Origin: Candidatus Bathyarchaeia archaeon
Lineage (GTDB): Archaea; Thermoproteota; Bathyarchaeia; Bathyarchaeales; Bathycorpusculaceae
Assembly: GCA_038883775.1 (NCBI GenBank)
Contig: JAVZLM010000004.1
Span: forward strand, 64,001-128,000
Direction: 5' to 3'
Length of the DNA stretch: 64,000 bases
Shown here: in pieces, positions 11,647 to 20,646 of the stretch
How the letters are laid out: every line of letters begins with the position of its first letter
Position numbering within the stretch: position 1 is the stretch's first letter
The notes under the pieces: generated by a model
The model's input: the letters and a program-made list of their open reading frames with translations, nothing else
What the model was told of the DNA's origin: nothing
The model's database searches: none
Made by a program: the position numbers and the translations under genes

Positions 11647-12756
11647 TTAAATGGCTAAAGCGAGCAGTTCTGCAACATCCATTACTTGGATTTTGCCCTC
11701 ATTCCCAGTTGTCTTAACCGCATCTTCGATAGTTAACAAGCAGAAGGGGCATGCCACAGCCAAAATTTCTGCACCAGCAGCAACAGCATCCTTAACACGA
11801 ATTTCTGCTAAGCGCGGTCCTGGAATGTCAACCCACATTCTTCCGCCACCGCCTTCGCAGCATAAGCTTCTTGCCCTTGAACGATCAAACTCCAACAGTG
11901 TTACGCCTGGTATGCTTTGAATGACTTTTCTGGGTTCTTCGTAGATGTTGTTTTGTTTTCCAAGGAAGCATGGGTCATGATAAATAACTCTCTTTTTTAC
12001 TTCTTTCGAGAAAGTCAATTTTTGTTCATCAATTAGTTTTGCAAGCAATTGTGTGTGATGTTGAACTTCAAAGCTTGTTTGGTTGTAACGATTTTTGAAG
12101 GCATGAAAACCATGGGGACAATTTGTCACTGCTTGTTTTATGTTGTATTTGTTGAAGATTTTCATGTTCTCTTCGACGAGAAATTCGAATAAGCCCTTCT
12201 CGCCCATGCCGTAAACTTCGCTTCCACAACAGCTTTCTTCATCGCCTAAAACGCCAAAATTTAAACCAGCCTTTTGAAAACATGCGACAAGGGCTTTGGC
12301 TACGTTTTGAACTCTTGGGTCGTAGGCTGAAGTGCAACCCACATAATATAGGATTTCTGCGCCCTGAGAAACATGTTTAACGTTTAAGCCTTGAAGCCAC
12401 TCTGAACGTTTGCTGCGAATTCTAGCCCAGGGATTACCATTTTTGAATATGCTTTCAAGGGCATCACGGATGGTTGGGGCAATCTGTCCATCTTCAACCG
12501 CCATGCTGCGAATATCAATCAAAAATTCGTAGGGGTTAAGGTCTTTTGGACATCGAACGCCGCAGGTGGAGCATGTTGTGCAACTCCACAATTCATTCTG
12601 TGGATGTATTGCTAACTTGCCCAAGGCGGAAACTTCTCGCATATACCGCCTAATATTCAAATTAGCTTTCTTTGAAACTGGACAAGCGCCCGTGCACATT
12701 CCGCATTGGATGCATTCTAGAAGCTTATGTTTTTGAATGAGTTCTTGAACGTTCAT
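11647..12756 (-). CDS. HdrD/GlpC-like Fe-S oxidoreductase (2x[4Fe-4S] plus two CCG domains)
   Basis: CIQCGMCTGACP, WSCTTCSTCGVRCP, YVGC..SCCG, YHDPC..CCEGG..ACPFC. Confidence 0.85.
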   Translation of the reverse strand: MNVQELIQKHKLLECIQCGMCTGACPVSKKANLNIRRYMREVSALGKLAIHPQNELWSCTTCSTCGVRCPKDLNPYEFLIDIRSMAVEDGQIAPTIRDALESIFKNGNPWARIRSKRSEWLQGLNVKHVSQGAEILYYVGCTSAYDPRVQNVAKALVACFQKAGLNFGVLGDEESCCGSEVYGMGEKGLFEFLVEENMKIFNKYNIKQAVTNCPHGFHAFKNRYNQTSFEVQHHTQLLAKLIDEQKLTFSKEVKKRVIYHDPCFLGKQNNIYEEPRKVIQSIPGVTLLEFDRSRARSLCCEGGGGRMWVDIPGPRLAEIRVKDAVAAGAEILAVACPFCLLTIEDAVKTTGNEGKIQVMDVAELLALAI

Positions 12757-12856
12757 TTTCTACATCACTTTTGTTGCCTTTAAGAGGTAAGATTTTTAAT
12801 AAGTCTTATCCTTTCTATCAATCCAAACGTATCATGAAAACTGGAGATAAGCGCCG

Positions 12857-15226
12857 ATGGAAAAGAAGATGCCAAGAATTGGAATTTTTGTCTGCGAATG
12901 CGGTGGAAACATAGGCGATGTTGTAGACGTTAAAGCTGTTGTTGACACAGTTAAAAACTGGGAAGGCGTGGTAACCGCAAAATACCACAAATATTTATGC
13001 AGCAAACCAGCCCAAGAAATGATACTCGAAGCCATAAAGAAAGAGAACCTTGACAGAGTGGTTGTCGCCAGCTGCACCCCAAGAATGCATTTGGCAACAT
13101 TCCAAAACGTTCTGGAAAGGGCTGGCTTAAACCCTTACATGCTCGAGTTTGTAAACATAAGAGAGCAAGACTCATGGGTTCATGGAACACATGGATTATC
13201 CGCGGAAGCAACAAAAAAGGCTATAAGCCTAATAAGAGGCGGATATGAGCGAAGTTTAGAGCTTGAACCCCTCCAGCCCATAAGCGAGAAAGGTTCACGG
13301 GAAATCCTCATTATAGGCGGAGGAATAGCCGGCATAACCGCTGCCCTCGAGCTTGGCTATTTAGGCTTTAAAGTGCACTTGGTGGAGAGAAAACCAAGCA
13401 TAGGCGGAAACATGGCAAAATTAACAAAAGTTTTTCCAACATTGGACTGCGCCCAATGCATACTCACGCCGAGAATGGCGGAGGTGGGAAGAAACCCCAA
13501 CGTGAACTTGCTGACTTATGCTGAAGTGCAAGAGGTCAGCGGAAGACCAGGCAATTATACAGTTAAAGTTTTCATGAAACCCCGTGGCGTAGACGTCGAA
13601 AAGTGTAGAAGTTGTGGCGTGTGCGCAAAAGTTTGCCCCGTGTCTGTTCCAGACGAATTCAATGAGGGCTTATCCCAACGAAAAGCAGCTTACATAGAGT
13701 TTCCACAAGCGGTTCCATCCGCTTATGCCATAGACTTTAATGCATGCACAAAATGCCGAAAGTGTGAACAGCTCTGTCCAGCCAAAGCTATAAACATAGA
13801 CGACCCGGGCAAAATTGTTGAGTTAAATGTTGGAGCAATAATTTTGGCTACTGGATACGAGCTTTATGATGCGCATAATTTGGAAATTTATGGGTATGGC
13901 AATTATAAAGACGTTATAACAATGATGGATTTAGAAAGGCTCACTTCCGCAACTGGACCAACAGGCGGCTATGTTAAGCGTGCCGACGGAAGTGACGTGC
14001 GTAAAATGGCTATTGTTTTGTGCGCTGGTTCCAGAGATAAGAATTACATTCCCTATTGCAGCCGAATCTGCTGCATGTACTCATTAAAACAAGCTTTCGT
14101 GCTTAAGAAAATGTTAGGAATAGACGTTACAGTCTACTATATCGATATAAGGGCTACGGGAAAAGGCTACGAGGATTTGTACTGGCGTGACCAAGAAGCC
14201 GGCGTCGTTTTTGTAAAGGGAAAAGTTGCTGAAATTTACAAGAACAATGAGAATGGTAAGCTTGTTGTTTTGGCTGAGGATACGTTAACTGGCGAGATGC
14301 GCGAAGATGAATATGATATGGTAGCCTTAGCCACACCCATGATTCCACCATCTGGATTGAAGGAGCTAGCTGAAAAACTAAAAGTTCCATTGGGCGAAGA
14401 CGGCTTCATTACAGAAAAGCATCCAAAACTTGACCCAGTGGATACGCTTGTTACTGGAATATTTGCAGGCGGCTGCGCCCTCAGCCCAAAAGACGTGCGT
14501 GACACTGTCTCTGATGGTTTAGGAGCTGCTGCTAAAGCATCATTATTCCTCAAAAGCGATTATGTAACCACAAGCCCAGAGAAAGCCTTTGTAATTGCCG
14601 ATTTGTGCAATGGCTGCAAAGCATGCGTGCCAATTTGCCCAGTAAACGCAATAACCATGCAAGAAGACAAAGCAAAAATTGACCCATTCCAATGCATTGG
14701 TTGCGGCGCATGCATCCCAGTCTGTCCACAAGAGGCTATAGACTTTAAGAATTCAACAAGTAGGCAGATTGTTGCCGAATTGCGGGGTGTTTTAGCTGAC
14801 AAGACAGCAGACGAGGTTAGAATTGTAGCCTTTGTGGATAAGAATGTGGGTTATACGGGCATGGACTTTTTAGGGCTTGACCGAGCAGTTTACCCAGAAA
14901 ACGTGAGAATCGTGGCTGTTCCATCCACAGCAATCTTAGGTCTAAAGCATTTACTAACAGCCTTTGCCTTCGGCGCCGACGGAGTCCTAGTCATCGAAGG
15001 AAGCGAAGAAATCGATGAAAAATTCACTAAAAAAAGAATGGTTGATATGACAAGAGAATTAGCCAAATATGGCGTTGAAAGTATGCGAGTACGTTACAGT
15101 TATGTGCCCTTACCAGTTTACAAGAAAGCCGCCGAACTTTTTAACATGTTCACAGACAGAATCAAAAAATTCGGTCCATTAACGGAAGAAGAACGTGACA
15201 CAATAAGACAGCAATTGAAAATCTGA
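12857..15226 (+). CDS. hdrA: Heterodisulfide reductase subunit A fused to a Cys-free MvhD-like domain
   Basis: IGIFVCECG, VVASCTPR, IGGGIAG, FPTLDCAQC, inserted and C-terminal ferredoxin motifs, CSRICCM; C-terminal YPENVRIV...GADGVLV MvhD-like segment without cysteines. Confidence 0.9.
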   Translation: MEKKMPRIGIFVCECGGNIGDVVDVKAVVDTVKNWEGVVTAKYHKYLCSKPAQEMILEAIKKENLDRVVVASCTPRMHLATFQNVLERAGLNPYMLEFVNIREQDSWVHGTHGLSAEATKKAISLIRGGYERSLELEPLQPISEKGSREILIIGGGIAGITAALELGYLGFKVHLVERKPSIGGNMAKLTKVFPTLDCAQCILTPRMAEVGRNPNVNLLTYAEVQEVSGRPGNYTVKVFMKPRGVDVEKCRSCGVCAKVCPVSVPDEFNEGLSQRKAAYIEFPQAVPSAYAIDFNACTKCRKCEQLCPAKAINIDDPGKIVELNVGAIILATGYELYDAHNLEIYGYGNYKDVITMMDLERLTSATGPTGGYVKRADGSDVRKMAIVLCAGSRDKNYIPYCSRICCMYSLKQAFVLKKMLGIDVTVYYIDIRATGKGYEDLYWRDQEAGVVFVKGKVAEIYKNNENGKLVVLAEDTLTGEMREDEYDMVALATPMIPPSGLKELAEKLKVPLGEDGFITEKHPKLDPVDTLVTGIFAGGCALSPKDVRDTVSDGLGAAAKASLFLKSDYVTTSPEKAFVIADLCNGCKACVPICPVNAITMQEDKAKIDPFQCIGCGACIPVCPQEAIDFKNSTSRQIVAELRGVLADKTADEVRIVAFVDKNVGYTGMDFLGLDRAVYPENVRIVAVPSTAILGLKHLLTAFAFGADGVLVIEGSEEIDEKFTKKRMVDMTRELAKYGVESMRVRYSYVPLPVYKKAAELFNMFTDRIKKFGPLTEEERDTIRQQLKI

Positions 15227-15310
15227 ATAGGCATGTTGAAATTGTAGTTTCAAGTCGCAAAGTTTAATTTTCATGTCGAACTCAACACTCACAAAAGAGG
15301 TTATCCTACC

Positions 15311-18106
15311 ATGGTTACTTTGTATTTGGATAAGATTTTTAATCCAAGAAGCGTCGCTATAATCGGCGCCAGCGACGAGGAAGGAAGCGTAGGCTATGCT
15401 TTAATGAAAAATTTTATTGATTTAGATTTTGATGGAAAAGTTTATCCTGTTAACATTCGCAAAAATGAAATTTTAGGTTTAAAAGCTTACCAATCTGTAG
15501 ACCAAATTCCAGAACCCATAGATCTTGCAGTCATCGCAACTCCAGCGAAAACTGTTCCTGAAATTGTTGAACAGTGTGGAAAGGCTGGAATAAAGGGTAT
15601 AATCATAATTAGCGCGGGCTTTAAGGAGGTTGGCGCTGAAGGCAAAGCCTTAGAGGAACAAATTCTTGAAATAAAAAACAAATATGGCTTACGCATTATT
15701 GGACCAAACTGTTTGGGCATAATCCGCCCAAGCATAAAACTAAACGCCACATTCATTAATAAAATGCCGAAATCGGGCAACATAGCCTTCATAAGCCAAT
15801 CTGGAGCCTTAGGCTCGGCAATTTTAGACTGGGCTATTCGGGAAAACATTGGCTTCAGCAACTTCGTATCTATAGGTTCAATGTTGGATGTGGATTTCGG
15901 CGATTTAATAGACTATTTCGGCACAGACCCCCAAACAAGAAGCATACTAATGTACATAGAAGGTTTAACAGACGCAAGAAAATTCCTGTCCGCCGCCCGC
16001 CACTTCGCAAGAACAAAACCAATAATTGTGGTAAAGGCTGGAAAATTCTCGGAAAGCGCAAAAGCTGCAGCCAGCCACACGGGTTCTCTTACGGGCGAAG
16101 ACGTGGTTTATGATGCTGCTTTTAAGCGTGCTGGAATCGTTCGAGTAGAAGAGATCGCCGACTTGTTCAATTGTGCTGAAGTTTTGGGCTTGCAGCCATT
16201 GCCGAAAGGTCCAAATCTTGTCATAATAACAAATGCTGGTGGACCAGGAGTTATGGCTACTGACGCGCTCATAGCTAGAGGCGGAAAACTGGCGAAGCTT
16301 AGCCAAAAAACAATGGAATACCTCAACAGCATTCTTCCTCACTATTGGAGTAGGGGAAACCCCGTTGACATTTTGGGAGATGCAAAAGCGGATCGTTACA
16401 AGGCGGTTTTGGAAGCTTGTCTTGATGATGAGAATGTGGATGGCGTATTAATTATTTATACTGCTCAGGCTGTGGCGGAACCTGTGGAAATTGCAAAAAG
16501 CATAGTTGAAGTATGCAAAAACAAGGGTTACCAAAACAAAACAGTTCTAACCTCTTTTATGGGTAGTGGGGTGGTGGAAGAGGCAAATAGAATTTTTAAT
16601 CAGAATAGCATTCCCACTTACGCTACTCCAGAACAAGCGGTTAAAACGTATCTTTACATGTACCAATACAAACGCAACCTTGAACTGCTTTATGAAACAC
16701 CTGAAGAGTTGCCGGTTGATGCTGCCCCACCCAAACGTCCCATAATGGTAATAATGAGAAATGCTGCCTTGGAAAATCGTGAACTTTTGAATGAAGCAGA
16801 AGCCAAAAAACTATTGGAATATTATGATTTTCCAGTTGTGAAAACTGCAGTGGCTAAAACACCTGATGAAACCGCAGCTGTAGCCATGCAAATCGGCTAT
16901 CCAGTGGTTCTTAAAATTTTGTCCCCTCAAATAGTTCATAAAACCGAGGCAGGCGGTGTAATTCTTGACATAAATTCTGAGGCTGAACTTAGAGAGGCTT
17001 TTGAATGTATCATGGAGAGAGCAAAAAAGTATAATCCAAATGCTGAGATTTTGGGCGTCACGGTTCAGAAAATGGTAAAGAGGCGGGGATACGAGATAAT
17101 AATTGGGGCAAAGACAGATCCGCTTTTTGGTCCAGTTATCCTATTTGGAATGGGCGGAATCGGCGTAGAACTCTTTAAAGATTTTTCAGTTGGGCTTCCA
17201 CCTTTGAACCAGACATTAGTTAGGAGGCTTATGGAAGAAACTAAGGTTTACCAGCTTTTGAAGGGTTATAGAAATGTGCCTCCAGCCAACCTTAAACTTC
17301 TTGAAGAGTTGATAGTTCGTTTCTCCCAACTCCTCATAGACTTTCCACAACTAAAAGAAGTCGACATTAACCCGCTGTTTATAGATGAAAACGACGCCGT
17401 AATCATAGACGCTAGAATAGTTATTGATAAAGAAAAAGTGTTCCAGAAACTTGAGCCTCACCAACATCTGGTAATAAGCCCCTATCCTAAGAAATATGAA
17501 ACTTTGTGGAGAATGCGAGATGGGCGCATGGTTCTGCTTAGGCCGATAAAGCCTGAAGACGAGCCTCTATGGTTGGAAATGTTTAGGAATTTCTCCGAGG
17601 AATCTATACGTTTTAGGTTCTTCCAGATAATTAAGGATACGCCTCATGAGGTGCGGGTGAGATATTGCAATATTGATTATGATAGAGAAATAGCAATAGT
17701 TGCAGAACTAACAGAAAATGGACAGAGAAAAATCCTCGGTGTGGTGAGAGTGAGCTTAGAACCTGACAGAAAAAGTGGTGAGATAGCCTTTATTGTGGCT
17801 GATCCATGGCAAGGTTTAGGCTTGGGAACAAAAATGGTGGATTATACAATTGAAATCTGCAAGGACATTGGAGTCGAAGCTCTCTACGCCATAATGCTTC
17901 CAGACAATTATAGAGCAATAAACCTTACAAAGAAAATGGGCTTTACGCTTAAGTATCAAGAGGATGGCACGGTTAAGGGAATTTTAAACTTGAAGGAAGA
18001 AGCAACACGAAGTCAAGAAGAGAAGCTTAAAGAAAAAGCGCAGGTTGTGGCAGCACCCTCTGAACAAAAAGAGCAAAGAAGAGAAGCAGAAACCGTTAGC
18101 AGTTAA
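15311..18106 (+). CDS. NDP-forming acyl-CoA synthetase (alpha+beta) fused to a C-terminal GNAT; Pat/PatZ-type protein acetyltransferase architecture
   Basis: GPNCLG, SQSGA, ASHTGSL, NPVDILGDA, HKTEAGGV, DPLFGPV, DINPL, then GNAT (RPIKPEDE, GEIAFIVADPWQGLGLG). Confidence 0.88.
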   Translation: MVTLYLDKIFNPRSVAIIGASDEEGSVGYALMKNFIDLDFDGKVYPVNIRKNEILGLKAYQSVDQIPEPIDLAVIATPAKTVPEIVEQCGKAGIKGIIIISAGFKEVGAEGKALEEQILEIKNKYGLRIIGPNCLGIIRPSIKLNATFINKMPKSGNIAFISQSGALGSAILDWAIRENIGFSNFVSIGSMLDVDFGDLIDYFGTDPQTRSILMYIEGLTDARKFLSAARHFARTKPIIVVKAGKFSESAKAAASHTGSLTGEDVVYDAAFKRAGIVRVEEIADLFNCAEVLGLQPLPKGPNLVIITNAGGPGVMATDALIARGGKLAKLSQKTMEYLNSILPHYWSRGNPVDILGDAKADRYKAVLEACLDDENVDGVLIIYTAQAVAEPVEIAKSIVEVCKNKGYQNKTVLTSFMGSGVVEEANRIFNQNSIPTYATPEQAVKTYLYMYQYKRNLELLYETPEELPVDAAPPKRPIMVIMRNAALENRELLNEAEAKKLLEYYDFPVVKTAVAKTPDETAAVAMQIGYPVVLKILSPQIVHKTEAGGVILDINSEAELREAFECIMERAKKYNPNAEILGVTVQKMVKRRGYEIIIGAKTDPLFGPVILFGMGGIGVELFKDFSVGLPPLNQTLVRRLMEETKVYQLLKGYRNVPPANLKLLEELIVRFSQLLIDFPQLKEVDINPLFIDENDAVIIDARIVIDKEKVFQKLEPHQHLVISPYPKKYETLWRMRDGRMVLLRPIKPEDEPLWLEMFRNFSEESIRFRFFQIIKDTPHEVRVRYCNIDYDREIAIVAELTENGQRKILGVVRVSLEPDRKSGEIAFIVADPWQGLGLGTKMVDYTIEICKDIGVEALYAIMLPDNYRAINLTKKMGFTLKYQEDGTVKGILNLKEEATRSQEEKLKEKAQVVAAPSEQKEQRREAETVSS

Positions 18107-18247
18107 AACATTATACTACAATTTAAATTAAACATAACGCAAAGATTTTCATAGTCTTTTTTCTATTTACGAATGGCTAAATTTAAATTATAGAAATGCG
18201 ATTATCTTTCTCTTTCATTGGAAAGCTTCACTTAGTTTGGTGATGAG

Positions 18248-19186
18248 ATGGAGAAGTTAAAAGTAGCCTTTTACTGGGCTGCAAGCTGTGGGGGCTGCGA
18301 AATAGCTGTTTTAGATATAAACGAAAAAATTCTCGATGTAGTAGCAAAAGCAGACATTGTCTTCTGGCCGGTTGCCATAGACATAAAATACAAAGATGTT
18401 GAGGCTATGCCAGACAAAAGCATCGATGCATGCTTCTTTAATGGTGCAATACGTAACAGCGAACAGGAGCATTTGGCAAAACTGTTGAGGCAAAAATCAA
18501 AGATTCTCGTGGCTTTCGGCTCATGCGCTTGTGACGGGTGCGTTGTGGGATTAGGAAATCTTTGGGGCAAGAAAGCAATTTTTGAACGTGCATATTTTGA
18601 AACGCCTTCCACTAAAAATCCGCAATCCGCAACGCCTCAAACTCGCCTCAAAGTGAAAGAAGGTGAGCTTGAACTTCCAGAATTCTACGACACTGTAAAA
18701 ACCTTAGCTCAAACAGTTGAAGTGGACTATTTCATTTCAGGCTGTCCACCACCAGTTCCGCGAATAATTGAAGCTTTCGAAGCAATACTAAGTGGCAAGT
18801 TGCCTCCAAAGGGCTCAAGCTTCCTATTAAACAAGTCCATATGCGACGAATGCCCCAGAGAAAAGAAGGATAGAAAAGTTGCCCATGTAAAGAGAATCTA
18901 CGAAATAGAGGACGATTTTAAAACATGCTTCTTAGATCAAGGAGTCGTATGCATGGGTCCAGCAACCCGTGGCGGATGCGGCGCCCAATGTTTAAAGGCG
19001 AATATTCCATGCACTGGGTGTGGTGGTCCAGCCCCAAGAGTGGCGGACCAAGGCGCTGCGATGATAAGCGCATTTGCCTCCATTGCAACAGAACCCAAAG
19101 TTATAGAACAAGTTGTAGACCCTGTTGGAACTTTCTACAAGTATTCCCTTGCAAATTCCATTCTGCGAAGGAGAGTGATTAAATGA
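18248..19186 (+). CDS. mvhG: [NiFe]-hydrogenase group 3c small subunit (copy 1)
   Basis: SCGGCE, FGSCA, SGCPP, ICDECP, CMGPATRGGCGAQC, PCTGCGGP. Confidence 0.9.
   Translation: MEKLKVAFYWAASCGGCEIAVLDINEKILDVVAKADIVFWPVAIDIKYKDVEAMPDKSIDACFFNGAIRNSEQEHLAKLLRQKSKILVAFGSCACDGCVVGLGNLWGKKAIFERAYFETPSTKNPQSATPQTRLKVKEGELELPEFYDTVKTLAQTVEVDYFISGCPPPVPRIIEAFEAILSGKLPPKGSSFLLNKSICDECPREKKDRKVAHVKRIYEIEDDFKTCFLDQGVVCMGPATRGGCGAQCLKANIPCTGCGGPAPRVADQGAAMISAFASIATEPKVIEQVVDPVGTFYKYSLANSILRRRVIK
18950..18985 (+). repeat. 36-bp tract identical to 35651-35686 (mvhG paralogs)
   Basis: tgcatgggtccagcaacccgtggcggatgcggcgcc occurs in both mvhG copies. Confidence 0.8.
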
Positions 19187-20646
19187 AAGAAATAGTGATA
19201 AACCCAATTACGAGATTGGAAGGGCACGGAAAAATAACAATCTTCTTAAACGACGAAGGAAACGTAGAAGAAGCCTACTTCCAAGTCCCAGAACTTAGAG
19301 GCTTCGAAAAATTCTGCGAAGGAAGAAGAGCCGAAGACTTACCAATAATAACCACAAGAATTTGCGGAGTCTGCCCAGTAGCCCACCACATGGCAGGAGC
19401 CAAAGCCTTAGACGCTGCCTTTAATGTGGAACCTCCAGAAACAGCCAAAAAACTTAGGGAGCTCATGTATTGCGGTTATTACCTTTACGACCACACATTA
19501 CACTTCTACTATCTTGGAGCTCCAGACTTTGTCGTCGGACCAGACGCCCCTCCAGCGAAAAGAAACGTTCTCGGAGTGATAGAAAAGGTTGGTCTTGAAA
19601 TAGGCAAGGAAGTCATAAAACATAGGGCTTATGGACAAAAAATAACAGAAATATTGGGCGGTAAGGCAACCCACCCCGTAAGCGCTTGTGTTCCAGGCGG
19701 AATCACGAGACCATTGTCTGAAGAGGAAAGGCAAGAAATTGAGAAAATGGTGCGCAGCTTCATAGAATTCGCAAAGTTCACCCTCAAAATCTTTGATGAC
19801 GTTGTCCTAAAAAACACTAACTATGTAAACCTAATCAAAAGCGAACCCTACACCCTAAAAACCTATTACATGGGAACAGTTGACAAAAACAACCACGTAA
19901 ACTTTTACGACGGCAAAGTCCGCGTCGTAGACACGCAAGGAAAGGAATTCGTGAAATTCTCTTCAAAAGAATACTTAGACGTTATCGAAGAGCATGTTGA
20001 ACCATGGACCTATGTCAAATTGCCCTACCTAAAAAAGGTTGGATGGAAAGGACTAGTTGGCGGACAAGACAGCGGACTTTATAGAGTGGGTCCCCTTGGA
20101 AGACTCAACGCTGCGGAAGGAATGGCAACACCCATAGCCCAAGCAGAATACGAAAGAATGTATGAAACTCTCGGCGGAAAACCCGTCCATAATACTTTGG
20201 CTTATCATTGGGCTAGAGTTATAGAGCTAATGTATGCGGCTGAAAGAGCTTTAGAATTGATAACAGATCCGGAAATAACTGGAAAGGACATTAGAAACAA
20301 GCCTGGAAAACCAGGCGAAGGTGTTGGCATAGTGGAAGCAGCAAGGGGCACACTTATTCATCATTACCAACTGGATGAGAACGCTCTTGCCAAAAAAGTC
20401 AACTTGATAGTAGCCACAACACACAATGCACCAAGTATTTGCATATCCGTTAAAAATGCGGCAAAGAGCCTCATACAAAATGGCAAGGTTAATGATGGAA
20501 TATTAAACATGGTTGAAATGGCATTTAGAGCTTACGACCCATGTTTCGCATGTGCAACCCATTTTGCAGTTGGACAAATGCCGCTAACCATTGAAATTTA
20601 CAATCATGAAAGGCAATTGTTAAAAACTATAAGGAGGAAGGGGTGA
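19183..20646 (+). CDS. mvhA: [NiFe]-hydrogenase group 3c large subunit (copy 1)
   Basis: TRLEGH, L1 RICGVCPVAHH, EAARGTLIHHY, L2 AYDPCFACATH plus a cleavable C-terminal tail. Confidence 0.93.
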   Translation: MKEIVINPITRLEGHGKITIFLNDEGNVEEAYFQVPELRGFEKFCEGRRAEDLPIITTRICGVCPVAHHMAGAKALDAAFNVEPPETAKKLRELMYCGYYLYDHTLHFYYLGAPDFVVGPDAPPAKRNVLGVIEKVGLEIGKEVIKHRAYGQKITEILGGKATHPVSACVPGGITRPLSEEERQEIEKMVRSFIEFAKFTLKIFDDVVLKNTNYVNLIKSEPYTLKTYYMGTVDKNNHVNFYDGKVRVVDTQGKEFVKFSSKEYLDVIEEHVEPWTYVKLPYLKKVGWKGLVGGQDSGLYRVGPLGRLNAAEGMATPIAQAEYERMYETLGGKPVHNTLAYHWARVIELMYAAERALELITDPEITGKDIRNKPGKPGEGVGIVEAARGTLIHHYQLDENALAKKVNLIVATTHNAPSICISVKNAAKSLIQNGKVNDGILNMVEMAFRAYDPCFACATHFAVGQMPLTIEIYNHERQLLKTIRRKG

